From Acidobacteriota bacterium (lineage in GTDB: Bacteria > Acidobacteriota > UBA890 > WLXD01): DNA of 64,000 nucleotides. Shown piece after piece: positions 20,114 through 30,254 of the stretch. Location: NCBI GenBank assembly GCA_965205505.1, contig CBDBHB010000009.1, positions 2,912,001 to 2,976,000 on the forward strand, in the 5' to 3' direction. The notes beneath the pieces are model-generated. The model made no database searches and was not told where the DNA came from. It worked only from the letters and a program-made list of their open reading frames with translations. The translations under genes and the position numbers were made by a program. Numbering within the stretch: the stretch's first letter is position 1; every line of letters begins with the position of its first letter.

Positions 20114-20860
20114 TCACATACACATACCGCCGTCGACGCTGATCACCTGGCCGGTGATGTAGGTGGCGTCATCAGACAGAAGAAAGCTGACCGTCCCGGC
20201 AACGTCGTCGCCGGTCCCGAGCCGGCTGAGCGGAATCTGTTCCTTTAGCTGCCGCTTGGCCTCCTCGGGCAGGTCGTGCGTCATGTCCGTTTCGACGTAG
20301 CCCGGAGCCACAGCGTTCACCGTAATGCCGCGCGACGCCACCTCGCGCGCGAGTGCCTTCGTGAAACCGTGCACTCCGGCTTTAGCGGCGGCGTAGTTCG
20401 TTTGGCCGGGATTGCCGAGCAGCCCGACGACCGAGCTGATCGAAACGATTCTGCCCCGGCGTCGGCGAAGCATCGATCTTAGCACGGCGCGTGAGCACAG
20501 AAAGACGCCGGTCAGGTCGGTCCGGAGCACATCGTTCCAAGCGTCGTCGTTGAGTCGCAGGAGCAGTCCGTCACGTGTGATCCCAGCATTGTTGACCAGG
20601 TTGTCGATCTGCCCGAAGTGATCAAGGACGGCCTTGACGGCGGCCTTGACGGAGTCCGGTTTACCGACATCCATCTCCAACGGAAGCACGTCTACGCCGT
20701 GCGTCCGAGCCTCCTCCGCAACCGACTCGCACGCTGCGGCCGTACGCGCTCCAATCGCTAGATGGCACCCTTGGCTCGCGAGGCGTAGGGCAATTGCCCT
20801 ACCCATGCCGCGCGAGGCCCCGGTAACGATGCTGACCTTGTCCTGGAAGCTGGCGGACAA
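20114..20860 (-). CDS. fabG: 3-oxoacyl-ACP reductase
   Basis: [21 protein letters not shown]. Operon context. Confidence 0.95.
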   Translation of the reverse strand: MSASFQDKVSIVTGASRGMGRAIALRLASQGCHLAIGARTAAACESVAEEARTHGVDVLPLEMDVGKPDSVKAAVKAVLDHFGQIDNLVNNAGITRDGLLLRLNDDAWNDVLRTDLTGVFLCSRAVLRSMLRRRRGRIVSISSVVGLLGNPGQTNYAAAKAGVHGFTKALAREVASRGITVNAVAPGYVETDMTHDLPEEAKRQLKEQIPLSRLGTGDDVAGTVSFLLSDDATYITGQVISVDGGMCM

Positions 20861-20887
20861 TCTTGCCCTCCGTCGAAGAGATTGGAG

Positions 20888-21835
20888 TCAGCCCGCCACC
20901 AAGGCGAGCAGCGCGTCCACATCGGTCGGCCCTTGCACCGAACGGATCTGGGGTGATTCCAGGGTTCGCTTCGCGAGACCCGTGAGTACTTTGCCTGGCC
21001 CGACCTCCACATACGTCGTGGCACCGGCATCGGCCAGCCAGCGCAGGCAGTCCACCCACCGGACGGCCGCCGTGACCTGTCGGATGAGGGCTTCACGCAC
21101 CTGGTCGGTAGTTGACAGAGGTGTGGCGCTCACGTTGCAAACCACGGGCACCCGCGGCGTCGCGAGGGGAACAGACTGCAGGTCGGCCGCGAGTCGCTGC
21201 TGGGCGGGCGCCATCAACGAGCAGTGGAACGGCGCCGATACCTCTAGCATGAGGGCACGGCGGGCGCCCCGCGCCTTTGCCATTTCCACGGCCCGCTCTA
21301 CGGCCTGCGTCGCACCCGCGATCACCACCTGGGCGGGCGAGTTGAAGTTCGCCGGTTCGACCGGTTCGGTCTCGCTCGACACCTCCTCGCAGGTGGCGAT
21401 GACAGCGTCGTCGTCGAGACCCAGCACGGCGGACATTGCTCCTTCGCCTACGGCAACCGCCTCCTGCATATAGCGTCCTCGAGATCGCACCAAGCGCACT
21501 GCATCAGCGAGCTCCAGGCTGCCGGCAGCGACCAGGGCGCTATATTCGCCCAGCGAGTGCCCCGCCATCCAACTCGCTTCTACCCCACGCGCGGCGAGGG
21601 TGCGCTGCAACGCAATGCTCACTGTCAGGATCGCCGGCTGCGTATTCTCGGTGCGCCGGAGCTCGTCTGCGTCGCCGGCGAAACATAGCTGCGACAGGGC
21701 GAAGCCTAACGCTTCGTCGGACTCGGCGAACACCGACGCAGCCTCCGGAAACGCGTCGTGCGCTTCCTTGCCCATGCCGACGTACTGTGCTCCCTGCCCG
21801 GGGAACAAGAATGCGACGGATGACGGGCCGTTCAT
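20888..21835 (-). CDS. fabD: Malonyl-CoA:ACP transacylase
   Basis: FPGQGAQ, GHSLGEY, SAPFH. Confidence 0.96.
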   Translation of the reverse strand: MNGPSSVAFLFPGQGAQYVGMGKEAHDAFPEAASVFAESDEALGFALSQLCFAGDADELRRTENTQPAILTVSIALQRTLAARGVEASWMAGHSLGEYSALVAAGSLELADAVRLVRSRGRYMQEAVAVGEGAMSAVLGLDDDAVIATCEEVSSETEPVEPANFNSPAQVVIAGATQAVERAVEMAKARGARRALMLEVSAPFHCSLMAPAQQRLAADLQSVPLATPRVPVVCNVSATPLSTTDQVREALIRQVTAAVRWVDCLRWLADAGATTYVEVGPGKVLTGLAKRTLESPQIRSVQGPTDVDALLALVAG

Positions 21836-22860
21836 GTCGTAGCGCTACCGCCAGCGGAGGTAGCCTGCCGTGATTGCATCTCGGCCAGTGCCGCCTCGAT
21901 ACGCTGATCGACGCCATGTTGGCCGTATTCGACAGCCACGCGAACACCGTTGCAGATCGCCCGCGGGCTGGAGCGTCCGTGGCAGATTACCGCGAGGCCG
22001 CGAAGGCCCAGCAACGGCGCTCCACCGAACCCGGCGTAGTCGACTCTGCCTCTCAACCGGCGGAAGGCACCGCGACCCAGCAGGGCCGCCAAGCGCCCCC
22101 TCCACGTACGAGTGAACTCGGAACGCATCAGGACGCTCAGCGTCTCGACTGCGGCCTCACTGGTCTTCAACAAGATGTTGCCGGTGAACCCGTCGCACAC
22201 CACGACGTCGGCACCACCACGATAGAGGTCGCGTGCCTCGACGTTGCCAATGAAGTTCAGCGCGGAGCCCAGCAATGTAGTGTGCGCGCTGCGCACCAAC
22301 TCATTGCCCTTTCCGGCCTCCTCGCCAATCGACAACAAGCCCACGCGCGGTCGCTCGACTTCGAGGATCTGGCTCGCGAAGTGGGCCCCCATCACCGCGA
22401 ACTGCACCAGGTGCCGGCTTTTGGGCTCTACGTTGGCGCCGACGTCGAGCACCATCGCGCGGCCGGTTTGCGTCGGTAAGACGACTGCCAATGCGGGACG
22501 GTCGACACCACTCAGTGTCCCGACGATCACCTTGCCCACGGCCATGATCGCACCAGTGTTGCCAGCCGAGACGAGGCCTTGTACCTCGCCCTGGCGAAGC
22601 AGCCGGGCGGCCTCATGAATGGATGACCGACGCTTGCGTCGCACCGCCACGGCGGCCGGCTCATCCATGCCGATCGCCTCCTCGGCGTGGATGATGTCGA
22701 CGCGAGCCGGGGAGTCATGACGCGCTAGCAGAGGCGCGAGTACTGCTTCATCGCCGACGAGAGCGATCTTCACCTCGAGGTCTCGTGCCGCCATTACGGC
22801 GCCGTTCACCGGGTTTTCCGGAGCGTGATCCCCGCCCATCGCATCGACGGCGATCCTCAT
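21832..22860 (-). CDS. plsX: Phosphate acyltransferase PlsX
   Basis: MRIAVDAMGGDHAP, SAGNTGA, DGFTGN. Confidence 0.97.
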   Translation of the reverse strand: MRIAVDAMGGDHAPENPVNGAVMAARDLEVKIALVGDEAVLAPLLARHDSPARVDIIHAEEAIGMDEPAAVAVRRKRRSSIHEAARLLRQGEVQGLVSAGNTGAIMAVGKVIVGTLSGVDRPALAVVLPTQTGRAMVLDVGANVEPKSRHLVQFAVMGAHFASQILEVERPRVGLLSIGEEAGKGNELVRSAHTTLLGSALNFIGNVEARDLYRGGADVVVCDGFTGNILLKTSEAAVETLSVLMRSEFTRTWRGRLAALLGRGAFRRLRGRVDYAGFGGAPLLGLRGLAVICHGRSSPRAICNGVRVAVEYGQHGVDQRIEAALAEMQSRQATSAGGSATT

Positions 22861-22918
22861 GCGACCTCCGCGGACAGAGCGCTCGACCCTCAGGGTCCGG
22901 CGCGGGAAACGAGTGACC

Positions 22919-23104
22919 TCAGCCTTCGTCGCCGGACGAGATCACCTGTCGTCCCCGATAGGTGCCGCAGTGAGCACACGCACGGTGGGGCTGCTTGGCT
23001 CGGCCACACTCGGGACACAGGGAATGCGGAGGGCGTCTCAGGGCGTCGTGTGTGCGCCGCTTATCGCGACGCGTACGCGAGTGTCGTCGCTTCGGAAGTG
23101 CCAC
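22919..23104 (-). CDS. rpmF: 50S ribosomal protein L32 (Zn-binding CxxC form)
   Basis: ALPKRRHSRTRRDKRR, CPEC...CAHCGTY. Confidence 0.95.
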   Translation of the reverse strand: MALPKRRHSRTRRDKRRTHDALRRPPHSLCPECGRAKQPHRACAHCGTYRGRQVISSGDEG

Positions 23105-23164
23105 GGGTTATTCCCTCTAGGTTGGCGCGAGCAACGTGCGTAGGCGCGTTAACCGCACAATAAA

Positions 23165-23674
23165 TTACTGACGATCCCGCAACGCGGCCAACGGTGAGAG
23201 CCGCCCATCTACTGCAGGCTGGCAATCACAAGCCTGCTCGCTACGGTTCGCGCCGCACTGCGGACAGAGCCCCTGACAATCGTCGCTGCAAAGCGGCTTC
23301 ATCGGAAGGTCGAGTAGAACCTGCTCGGTCAGCACAGACCGCAGATCCAAGGCGCCACCCGCATAATAATCGACGTCGAGCCGCTGGGCGTCAAGCTCGG
23401 TGCCGTCCGGGCGCGGTGCCTTTTCGGCCGAGTAGAAGACCAGCTGGAGCTCACGATCTACTGTCAGGGGCGTTGGCTCGAGACAGCGAGCGCACGGCAC
23501 GCGTACCGTCGAGTGAAGCCATCCCGTGACCTGCACTGCGTTGCCATCGAGCGCTACAGTTGCGGCGAAGGCTATCGGAGCGGCCAGGCTGGTGTCGTGC
23601 CCCTCAGAAGACATTGCCATGGTGCCGGCAAACCGACGCGGCCCGTCCTCCAAGGTTGCGATCTCAACCCGCAT
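23165..23674 (-). CDS. yceD: YceD/DUF177 family protein
   Basis: CARCL, PMKPLC..DC.GLCPQCG.N. Upstream of rpmF; ATG at 23674. Confidence 0.9.
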   Translation of the reverse strand: MRVEIATLEDGPRRFAGTMAMSSEGHDTSLAAPIAFAATVALDGNAVQVTGWLHSTVRVPCARCLEPTPLTVDRELQLVFYSAEKAPRPDGTELDAQRLDVDYYAGGALDLRSVLTEQVLLDLPMKPLCSDDCQGLCPQCGANRSEQACDCQPAVDGRLSPLAALRDRQ

Positions 23675-23680
23675 GCCTAG

Positions 23681-23950
23681 CGTCCTGTAACAGAGGTTCG
23701 TTGCACATTGTGGCGCGCGCGACTGAGTCGAATCCAAGGAGGTTCGACGACAGCGATGCTGAGCGTATCGCAGAGAGAGCCGACGCCGGAGGTGGCCAGT
23801 CCCGCGGCCACCCGGAGGGCTGGGTCGATATGGGGGCAATCTCAGCGTTGCGATTCGTCGACGATGGGCACCGCATCGCCATCCTCATCGCGCCTTGCGC
23901 TTGCCCCCATCTCGATCCAGCAATATGCAACGAACCTCCGTTACAGCACA
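23681..23950. mobile_element. 270-bp MITE-like element, subtype B (CTGTAAC ends)
   Basis: 30-bp IRs (26/30), flanks CTAG/CTAC, same internal CGATG..CATCG cores. Ends resemble 26810-27353. Confidence 0.8.
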
Positions 23951-23960
23951 CTACGGCCGG

Positions 23961-24296
23961 CTACGCTACGGCGGTCACCTTGTCGAGCATGCCCACGATG
24001 CTGTCGCGCGATGCAGCCCCGACCATCTGCTCCTGGACCTCGCCCTCATGGAATAGCAGCAGGGTGGGTATACCCCGGACGTTGTAGCGTGTCGCAAGAT
24101 CACCGTGATCATCGACGTTGAGCTTGCCGACTTTGACCTTGCCGGCATAAGAACCGGCGAGCTCTTCTACAAGCGGGGCTATCATCCGGCAGGGGGCGCA
24201 CCAAACAGCCCAAAAGTCGACCAATACCGGGAGGTCGCTTTGTAGCACTTCGTTCTCGAAGTTTTCCGTCGTCAGCTCGATGGTGCTCTCGCTCAC
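23961..24296 (-). CDS. trxA: Thioredoxin
   Basis: VDFWAVWCAPC, GIPTLL. GTG start at 24296. Confidence 0.95.
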   Translation of the reverse strand: MSESTIELTTENFENEVLQSDLPVLVDFWAVWCAPCRMIAPLVEELAGSYAGKVKVGKLNVDDHGDLATRYNVRGIPTLLLFHEGEVQEQMVGAASRDSIVGMLDKVTAVA

Positions 24297-24473
24297 AAAT
24301 CGCCTCTTCCTGTTCTCATGTGGTCCGATACCGGGCCCAACTCCGGCTGACGAAGACCCGCCGCCCGTTGGTTCGCCCACACGGTTCCTTCATCAAGGCG
24401 TCGCGATCAGCCCACTGTTATCTGCAGTCTGGAGTATCCCACAGACCTCAGAGACCGACTACACGGTAGGGGA

Positions 24474-25634
24474 TCAGGTCGGGCCTGCGGCGGCGTTGGT
24501 GAGCAGCGTGCGTGCAACAACGAGTCGCTGGATCTCCGAAGTGCCCTCGTAAATGGTGGTGACGCGAGCATCTCGATAGAAACGTTCGACCGGATAGTCG
24601 GATACGTAGCCGTAGCCACCGTGCATTTGCATCGCCTGGTAGGCGATGCGGTTTGCCGCTTCGCTGGCGAAGAGCTTGGCGATTGCCGCTGCCTTGGTGT
24701 TGCAAGCGCCGTGATCGCGCAGCGCCGCAGCTCGTAGGTACAGCAGCCGTCCAGCGCCGATCTCCGCGGCCATGCGAGCCAGTTGATGGCGAAGCCCCTC
24801 GAAGTGCGCCAGCGGGCGGCCGAACGCCTCGCGCTCCAGTAGGTAGTCACGTGCCGCGTTGAAGGCTGCTTGGGCAATGCCGACGGCTTGCGCGGCGATC
24901 CCGGCGCGACCGCCGTCGAGGCTGTCGAGAGCGATACCGAGGCCGTCACCCTCCTCTCCAAGCCGATGCGATACCGGTAGCACGACATCCTGGAAGCTCA
25001 CCTGATTCGTGCGCGACGAGCGCAGTCCCAGCTTGTCTTCCTCACCGAGCACTTTTACCCCCGGCTGGTCACGCGGCACGATAAACGCCGAAATGCGACG
25101 ACGCTCCGATTGCTGATCGGTAACCGCGAATACCAGCATCGCTCCGCACACCGCGCCACTGGTGATCCATGCCTTCGTCCCGTTGAGCACGTAGTCACTG
25201 CCGTCGCGCTCGGCGCGCGTCGTGATTGCGCCGGCATCGGATCCGGCCTCGGGCTCGGAGAGGCAAAAGGCGCCGAGCCACTTGCCGCTGGCGCACGGAC
25301 GAAGCCAACGCTCACGTTGGTCGTCATTGCCGAACTTGTTCACCGGGGCGCAAAACACCGAGTTGGTCACGCTGATCGCCACGCAGGTCGAGGCGTCGCC
25401 ACGTGCCAGTTCCTCGAGGGCGAGACAGTAAGCGGTGCCATCGAGCCCGGCGCCGCCCCAGTCCTGGGGCACGATCATGCCGAACAAGCCGAGCTCGCCG
25501 AGATGCGTGAAGGTCTCCACCGGGAAACGCTTCTGTCGGTCCCAGTCCGCCGCTTCGGGCGCCACCTCGGCGTCAACAAACTCGCGCACTGTGTTCCGGA
25601 TCATTTGTTGATCCGGTGTTAGCAGCCAGTCCAC
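24474..25634 (-). CDS. Acyl-CoA dehydrogenase
   Basis: [36 protein letters not shown]. Confidence 0.95.
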   Translation of the reverse strand: MDWLLTPDQQMIRNTVREFVDAEVAPEAADWDRQKRFPVETFTHLGELGLFGMIVPQDWGGAGLDGTAYCLALEELARGDASTCVAISVTNSVFCAPVNKFGNDDQRERWLRPCASGKWLGAFCLSEPEAGSDAGAITTRAERDGSDYVLNGTKAWITSGAVCGAMLVFAVTDQQSERRRISAFIVPRDQPGVKVLGEEDKLGLRSSRTNQVSFQDVVLPVSHRLGEEGDGLGIALDSLDGGRAGIAAQAVGIAQAAFNAARDYLLEREAFGRPLAHFEGLRHQLARMAAEIGAGRLLYLRAAALRDHGACNTKAAAIAKLFASEAANRIAYQAMQMHGGYGYVSDYPVERFYRDARVTTIYEGTSEIQRLVVARTLLTNAAAGPT

Positions 25635-25687
25635 TTCTCTATGGCCCTATCCGGGAAGATGCGCACCATGTCGTCGGTACCTTGTCG

Positions 25688-26764
25688 CTAGCGCGACACG
25701 TTGGGCAACAGCCCGTCGGCGATAATTCCGAGCTGGTCTTCGTTGGTACCGCCCAGCACCTCCGTTACCTTCGCATCCCTGTAGAGGCGCTCGAACACCG
25801 AGGTGCGCAGCGTCCCTTGTTCCCCGGCTATCTGTATGGCACGACGACTGGACGCCACGGCGGCCTCGGCAGCCAGCAGGCGGCACATCGCCGCGGCGGC
25901 GTGCGCGTCGCCGTTACCGAGCTCCAGTGCGGCGTGCCACAGCGACAGCCGCGCCGCCTCCGACTCGGTGGCGATATCGGCTAACATCCACTGAGTCGAC
26001 TGCGGCTGCTCACGGATATCCTCAGCAGTGTCGGCAGAGGCCAAGTGCGTCAAAGCCGCGTCCAGAGCGCCCGCTGCGATCCCGAGGGCCTGGGCAGCGT
26101 GAGCGATACGCGTGGCGTCCACGAGCCTTGAGGCGAGTCCGAGATCGCCCACCCGCGCAGACGGCGTTAGCCTGACCCCTGTCCACGTGATGGAAGCCGT
26201 ACCGCTGCCCGCCAGACCCATCAAGACTTCCGTAGGCCCGACGGAGACGCCGTCGGTGTCGGCGGACATGACGAAGACACCGGCGGCGCTCCCCTGCTCG
26301 CAGGCCACCACGAAGACCGTCGCATAGGCTGCGCCCGGGGCCAGGTCTACGGTCCCCTGCAACACCGCTCCGTCGTCGGACGCCTCTGCCGAGAGGGCTG
26401 TGCCGCCGCAGACAGCAGCATAGATGGGGCTGGCGTCGGCCACCGGCGTGCGAGGCTTGGTGTGGTCGCGTGCGATGAAGCTCCCGACGCCGTGGGCCGC
26501 CGCAACTGCCGCTGCTGCGGCGCTGTGGCGAGCCACTTGTTCCAGACGCAAGGCCAGGTGCATCGGCGTCGGGCAGGTGCCGTCGACCTCGTCGGAGATC
26601 CGTGCACAGAGCTGCTGGACGAGCTCGTCCGGGCAGCGACCCGAGCTATCGATATCCACGGCCCGAGGTGCAACGTGCTCGAGGGCCAGGTCTTTTGCCT
26701 GATCAAGCACCGCTTGCTCGATAGCACTCAGCAGTGGGTTCACACTGGTTCCCGCCTGCGCCAC
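25688..26764 (-). CDS. Divergent acyl-CoA dehydrogenase family subunit
   Basis: AAQALGIA, QWMLADIATE, ERLYRDAKVTEVLGGT. Lacks the TEP..GSD motif. Confidence 0.8.
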   Translation of the reverse strand: MAQAGTSVNPLLSAIEQAVLDQAKDLALEHVAPRAVDIDSSGRCPDELVQQLCARISDEVDGTCPTPMHLALRLEQVARHSAAAAAVAAAHGVGSFIARDHTKPRTPVADASPIYAAVCGGTALSAEASDDGAVLQGTVDLAPGAAYATVFVVACEQGSAAGVFVMSADTDGVSVGPTEVLMGLAGSGTASITWTGVRLTPSARVGDLGLASRLVDATRIAHAAQALGIAAGALDAALTHLASADTAEDIREQPQSTQWMLADIATESEAARLSLWHAALELGNGDAHAAAAMCRLLAAEAAVASSRRAIQIAGEQGTLRTSVFERLYRDAKVTEVLGGTNEDQLGIIADGLLPNVSR

Positions 26765-26809
26765 CTACCCCCGGCGCCGGATTCGATTGGTGGCGTATAG
26801 GAGCACTAG

Positions 26810-27353
26810 TGGCCTGTAACAGATGATCGTTGCGTATCGTGGTGGTGAAATGGGTCCGGATGCCAGGCGCGACGACGAGAGGATGTTTGCCCATCTTGGA
26901 GGAGGAGCAACGCCGCAGACGGGCTGATTTCGCCGCCATCCTGCGGACAGATGGGCAGTTGCGGGCGATATCGGCGTTGCGCCTCGTCGACGATGCCCCA
27001 GCAGGTCGTGATGGAAGTGTGATGGGTCTGGTTACGCCGCCAAGGGCGCAGATCCAAGGCGCCGCGTCGCCGGCGATGCCCGTGCGCATCGTCTAGGAGC
27101 GGCAACGCCGGAGACGCGCCCTTGGCGGCGTCACCCGTAGGGCAAGTGGGAGTCACGGGCGATGGCGGCGTCTCTCCTCCTCGACGATGGCTCCAGCATC
27201 GCCTCATCGTCGATCCTTGCCCTAGCCCGTGAGTCCCACTTGCCAGACCCACCACACTTCCATCACGGCCTGCTAGCATCGCCTTCCTCGCCGCGCCTTG
27301 ATCTCACCCGCAAATCCCATCTGCGATATGCAACGATCATCTGTTACAGGCCA
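26810..27353. mobile_element. MITE-like element subtype B (269 bp when empty), interrupted by a nested subtype A copy
   Basis: IRs 26810-26839 and 27324-27353 (29/30). CTAG at 26806-26809 and 27354-27357. Confidence 0.85.
27002..27272. mobile_element. 271-bp MITE-like element subtype A, nested
   Basis: IRs 27002-27031 and 27243-27272 (28/30). Flanks CCAG/CTAG. Confidence 0.85.
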
Positions 27354-27629
27354 CTAGCGATTGACGAGCTCGCGTAGCTCCTTACCCGGCTTGAAGAACG
27401 GCACCACCTTTGGCGGCACGTCAACGCGCTCGCCGGTCCTCGGATTTCGGCCAATGCGTGCTCGGCGGTGTCGCAACTTGAAGCTACCGAAGCCGCGGAG
27501 CTCGACCTTGTCGCCCCGCGTCAGCGACTCGACGATGCTGTTGAAGAACGTGTTTACGATGATCTCCGAACTCTTCTTGCTGAGGTCAGACGCCATCGCC
27601 ACCTCTTCGATCAGGTCCGCTTTGGTCAT
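27354..27629 (-). CDS. HU/IHF-family DNA-binding protein (IHF-beta-like by position after rpsA)
   Basis: MTKADLIEEV, VELRGFGSF, GRNPRTGE, FKPGKELRE. Confidence 0.93.
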   Translation of the reverse strand: MTKADLIEEVAMASDLSKKSSEIIVNTFFNSIVESLTRGDKVELRGFGSFKLRHRRARIGRNPRTGERVDVPPKVVPFFKPGKELRELVNR

Positions 27630-27669
27630 CGTTGCTCGGCATACTGCTCGGCCACCGGCCGGCGCGCCG

Positions 27670-29499
27670 CTACTCCTCGTCCGAGTCGGGCTCGTCCTGT
27701 GGCGCGTCGTCGTCGGATTCCGCCGCCGCGTCGGGTCTGGAGCCGAAGATGTTTCCAACCATGTCGCCGAGCGTCATCGTGCCGTCCTTCTGGTAACGGC
27801 TAGCGGGCTCAGGCGCTGCGACCGGCTCGTAGTCACGCTGCTGCACCTCCGCGCCTGCTTCACGCAGAGAGAGTGCGATCTTGCGAGCGTCGGTCTCGAT
27901 CTTGAGTATCCGAACGTCGACGGTATCGCCGACCTTGAGCTCGTCTGCCGGGTCCTTCACGTGCCGATCCGCGATCTCCGAGACGTGCAGGAGTCCTTCG
28001 AGGCCCTCTTGCAGTTCCACGAACGCACCGAAGTTGGTCAGCTTGGTTACTTGCCCGCTGATCTGGTCACCCACGTGATGTTTCTCGATGAATTGATCCC
28101 AGACGTTCGGTCGCAGTTGCTTGAGGCCGAGCGAAAGGCGCTGTCGCTCTACATCGACGTTGAGCACCGCGACCTCGACCTCCTGCCCCTTCTGCAGAAC
28201 CTCGGTGGGGTGTTCGACGCGCTTGGTCCACGACATGTCGGAGATGTGGATCAAGCCGTCGATGCCATCCTCGATCTCGACAAAGGCACCGAAGTCGGTC
28301 AGGTTTCGGACCCGCCCCGTGATTACCTGACCCTCATGGTATTTGTCGGCGATGACGCGCCAGGGGTTGGGCTCAGTCTGTTTCATGCCCAACGAGATGC
28401 GACGATTGTCCTCGTCGACGTCAAGAATGACGATGTCGACAGGGTCGGCGATCTGCACCAGCTTGGAGGGGTGCTTGATGCGCTTTTTCCAGGTCATCTC
28501 TGATATGTGAACGAGCCCCTCGACACCCTCCTCGAGCTCCACGAAGGCGCCATAGTCGGTAAGGCTGACGACCTTCCCCTGCAGTCGCGATCCGACCGGA
28601 TACTTCTCCGTTACTCCGATCCAAGGATCCTGCGTGAGCTGTTTGCAGCCCAGCGACACGCGCTCGCGCTCCGGGTCGAAGCTGAGGATGACGACCCTGA
28701 TCTCATCGCCAATCTTGAACATCTCACTGGGATGCGAAATGCGTCCCCAGGACATGTCGGTGATGTGTAGCAAGCCGTCGATCCCACCCAGATCCGTGAA
28801 ACACCCGTAGTCGGTGATGTTCTTGACCACACCGGTGAGGACATTGCCGGCGATGAGCTTGCCGAGCGTGCCCTGCTTCTCTTCGGCGCGAGCCTCTTCG
28901 AGCACCGCCTTGCGCGACACGACTACGTTGGCACGGCGCTTGTTTACCTTGATAACGCGGCACTCGATTTCCTCGCCGCGCATCGCCTCGAGGTTGCGCA
29001 CCGGGCGCAGGTCGACTTGGGAGCCCGGCAGGAAGGCGCGCACCCCGATGTCAACTGACAGGCCACCCTTGACGCGGTCCGTGACGATTCCCTTGATCGT
29101 CGCTTCATCGCGGTAGGCTTCCTCGATCTTGCCCCATACTTTCATCTTCTCCGCTTTGTCCTTGGAGACGATGACGTTGCCGTTCTGATCCTCGCGCCGG
29201 ACGAGCAGCACTTCGACGTGGTCGCCGGCGGCAACCAGCAACTCGCCCAGTGGGTCGCGGAACTCGTTGATATCGACGAGACCTTCCGACTTGTAGCCGA
29301 TATCTATGAGGACGTCGTTCTCGCGTACTTCGAGCACGTTTCCGTTGACAACTTCGCCCTCTGCGAGATCCTGCAGGCTCTGTTCGTAGAGCTGCATCAT
29401 GACCTCGGGGTCGATCTGGCCGCCCTCCATGGCGTCGAGCTGGGCGAGCAGATCGTCCAAGGGGCGTAGGTTTGGTTCTTCTTCGGTCTGGACCGACAT
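27670..29499 (-). CDS. rpsA: 30S ribosomal protein S1
   Basis: Six S1 repeats (GYKSEG, AFLPGSQ, DGLLHITDMSW, EGLVHISEM). Confidence 0.96.
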   Translation of the reverse strand: MSVQTEEEPNLRPLDDLLAQLDAMEGGQIDPEVMMQLYEQSLQDLAEGEVVNGNVLEVRENDVLIDIGYKSEGLVDINEFRDPLGELLVAAGDHVEVLLVRREDQNGNVIVSKDKAEKMKVWGKIEEAYRDEATIKGIVTDRVKGGLSVDIGVRAFLPGSQVDLRPVRNLEAMRGEEIECRVIKVNKRRANVVVSRKAVLEEARAEEKQGTLGKLIAGNVLTGVVKNITDYGCFTDLGGIDGLLHITDMSWGRISHPSEMFKIGDEIRVVILSFDPERERVSLGCKQLTQDPWIGVTEKYPVGSRLQGKVVSLTDYGAFVELEEGVEGLVHISEMTWKKRIKHPSKLVQIADPVDIVILDVDEDNRRISLGMKQTEPNPWRVIADKYHEGQVITGRVRNLTDFGAFVEIEDGIDGLIHISDMSWTKRVEHPTEVLQKGQEVEVAVLNVDVERQRLSLGLKQLRPNVWDQFIEKHHVGDQISGQVTKLTNFGAFVELQEGLEGLLHVSEIADRHVKDPADELKVGDTVDVRILKIETDARKIALSLREAGAEVQQRDYEPVAAPEPASRYQKDGTMTLGDMVGNIFGSRPDAAAESDDDAPQDEPDSDEE

Positions 29500-29594
29500 G
29501 GGGTTGGGTATCCTCCTGAACCCTGAATGTGCCCTCTGGGCACGCGTGTGTCGCACGGGGCAGCCCCTAATCCTAGGGGGGGCTCAGGTGACTG

Positions 29595-30254
29595 TCAACG
29601 CGCCGCCCGCGCCCGCACCACACGCAGGACGCGCTTCAGGCTCGTCGCCTCGTCCTCGCCGCCGGTGTCGATAACGGCCGCTCCGGGCGGGACTCGCAAC
29701 GGTGATGTTGAACGTTGCTCGTCGCGCCGATCGCGCTCGCGAACATCCTCGGCGACTTCGGCGGCGCTGACCCCGCTGAGCTGACGCGCGCGTCTCTGTA
29801 GGCGCTCCGCTTCTGGCGCCGTGATGAACAACTTGGCATCGGCATCGGGAAGCACCACGCTGCCGATATCGCGTCCCTCGAGGACCGCGCCGTGCTCGGC
29901 CTCGTCGCGCTGCCGCTGCAGCAACCAAGCACGCACTGCGGGAATCTGAGCCACCTCGGAAGCGCGCCGACCGATGCTCGGCGCTCGCAGCTCGTCGGTC
30001 ACGTCAATCCCCCCGACTCGAACCCGGAAGTTCTCGGGGTCTGCGGTCACCTGTAGGTCCAATCCGTCGAGCAGCGCCACGACCTCGTCGGAATCTACCG
30101 CGCCGGCCTGCATGGCTTTCCAAGCGACGGCGCGGTACATCGATCCGGTGTCGAGGTAGCGCAGGCCCAAGGCGCCCGCGAGGGCCCGTGCCAAGGTCGA
30201 CTTACCTGCCCCACTCGGCCCGTCGATGGCTATGCGTAGGCGACGATCGCTCAT
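29595..30254 (-). CDS. cmk: Cytidylate kinase
   Basis: IAIDGPSGAGKST, DTGSMYR, EGRDIG. Confidence 0.96.
   Translation of the reverse strand: MSDRRLRIAIDGPSGAGKSTLARALAGALGLRYLDTGSMYRAVAWKAMQAGAVDSDEVVALLDGLDLQVTADPENFRVRVGGIDVTDELRAPSIGRRASEVAQIPAVRAWLLQRQRDEAEHGAVLEGRDIGSVVLPDADAKLFITAPEAERLQRRARQLSGVSAAEVAEDVRERDRRDEQRSTSPLRVPPGAAVIDTGGEDEATSLKRVLRVVRARAAR

Noticed and set aside
20888-22860. Absence of fabH between plsX and fabD
   Set aside because: A common gene-order variant; absence from the genome cannot be inferred from one window
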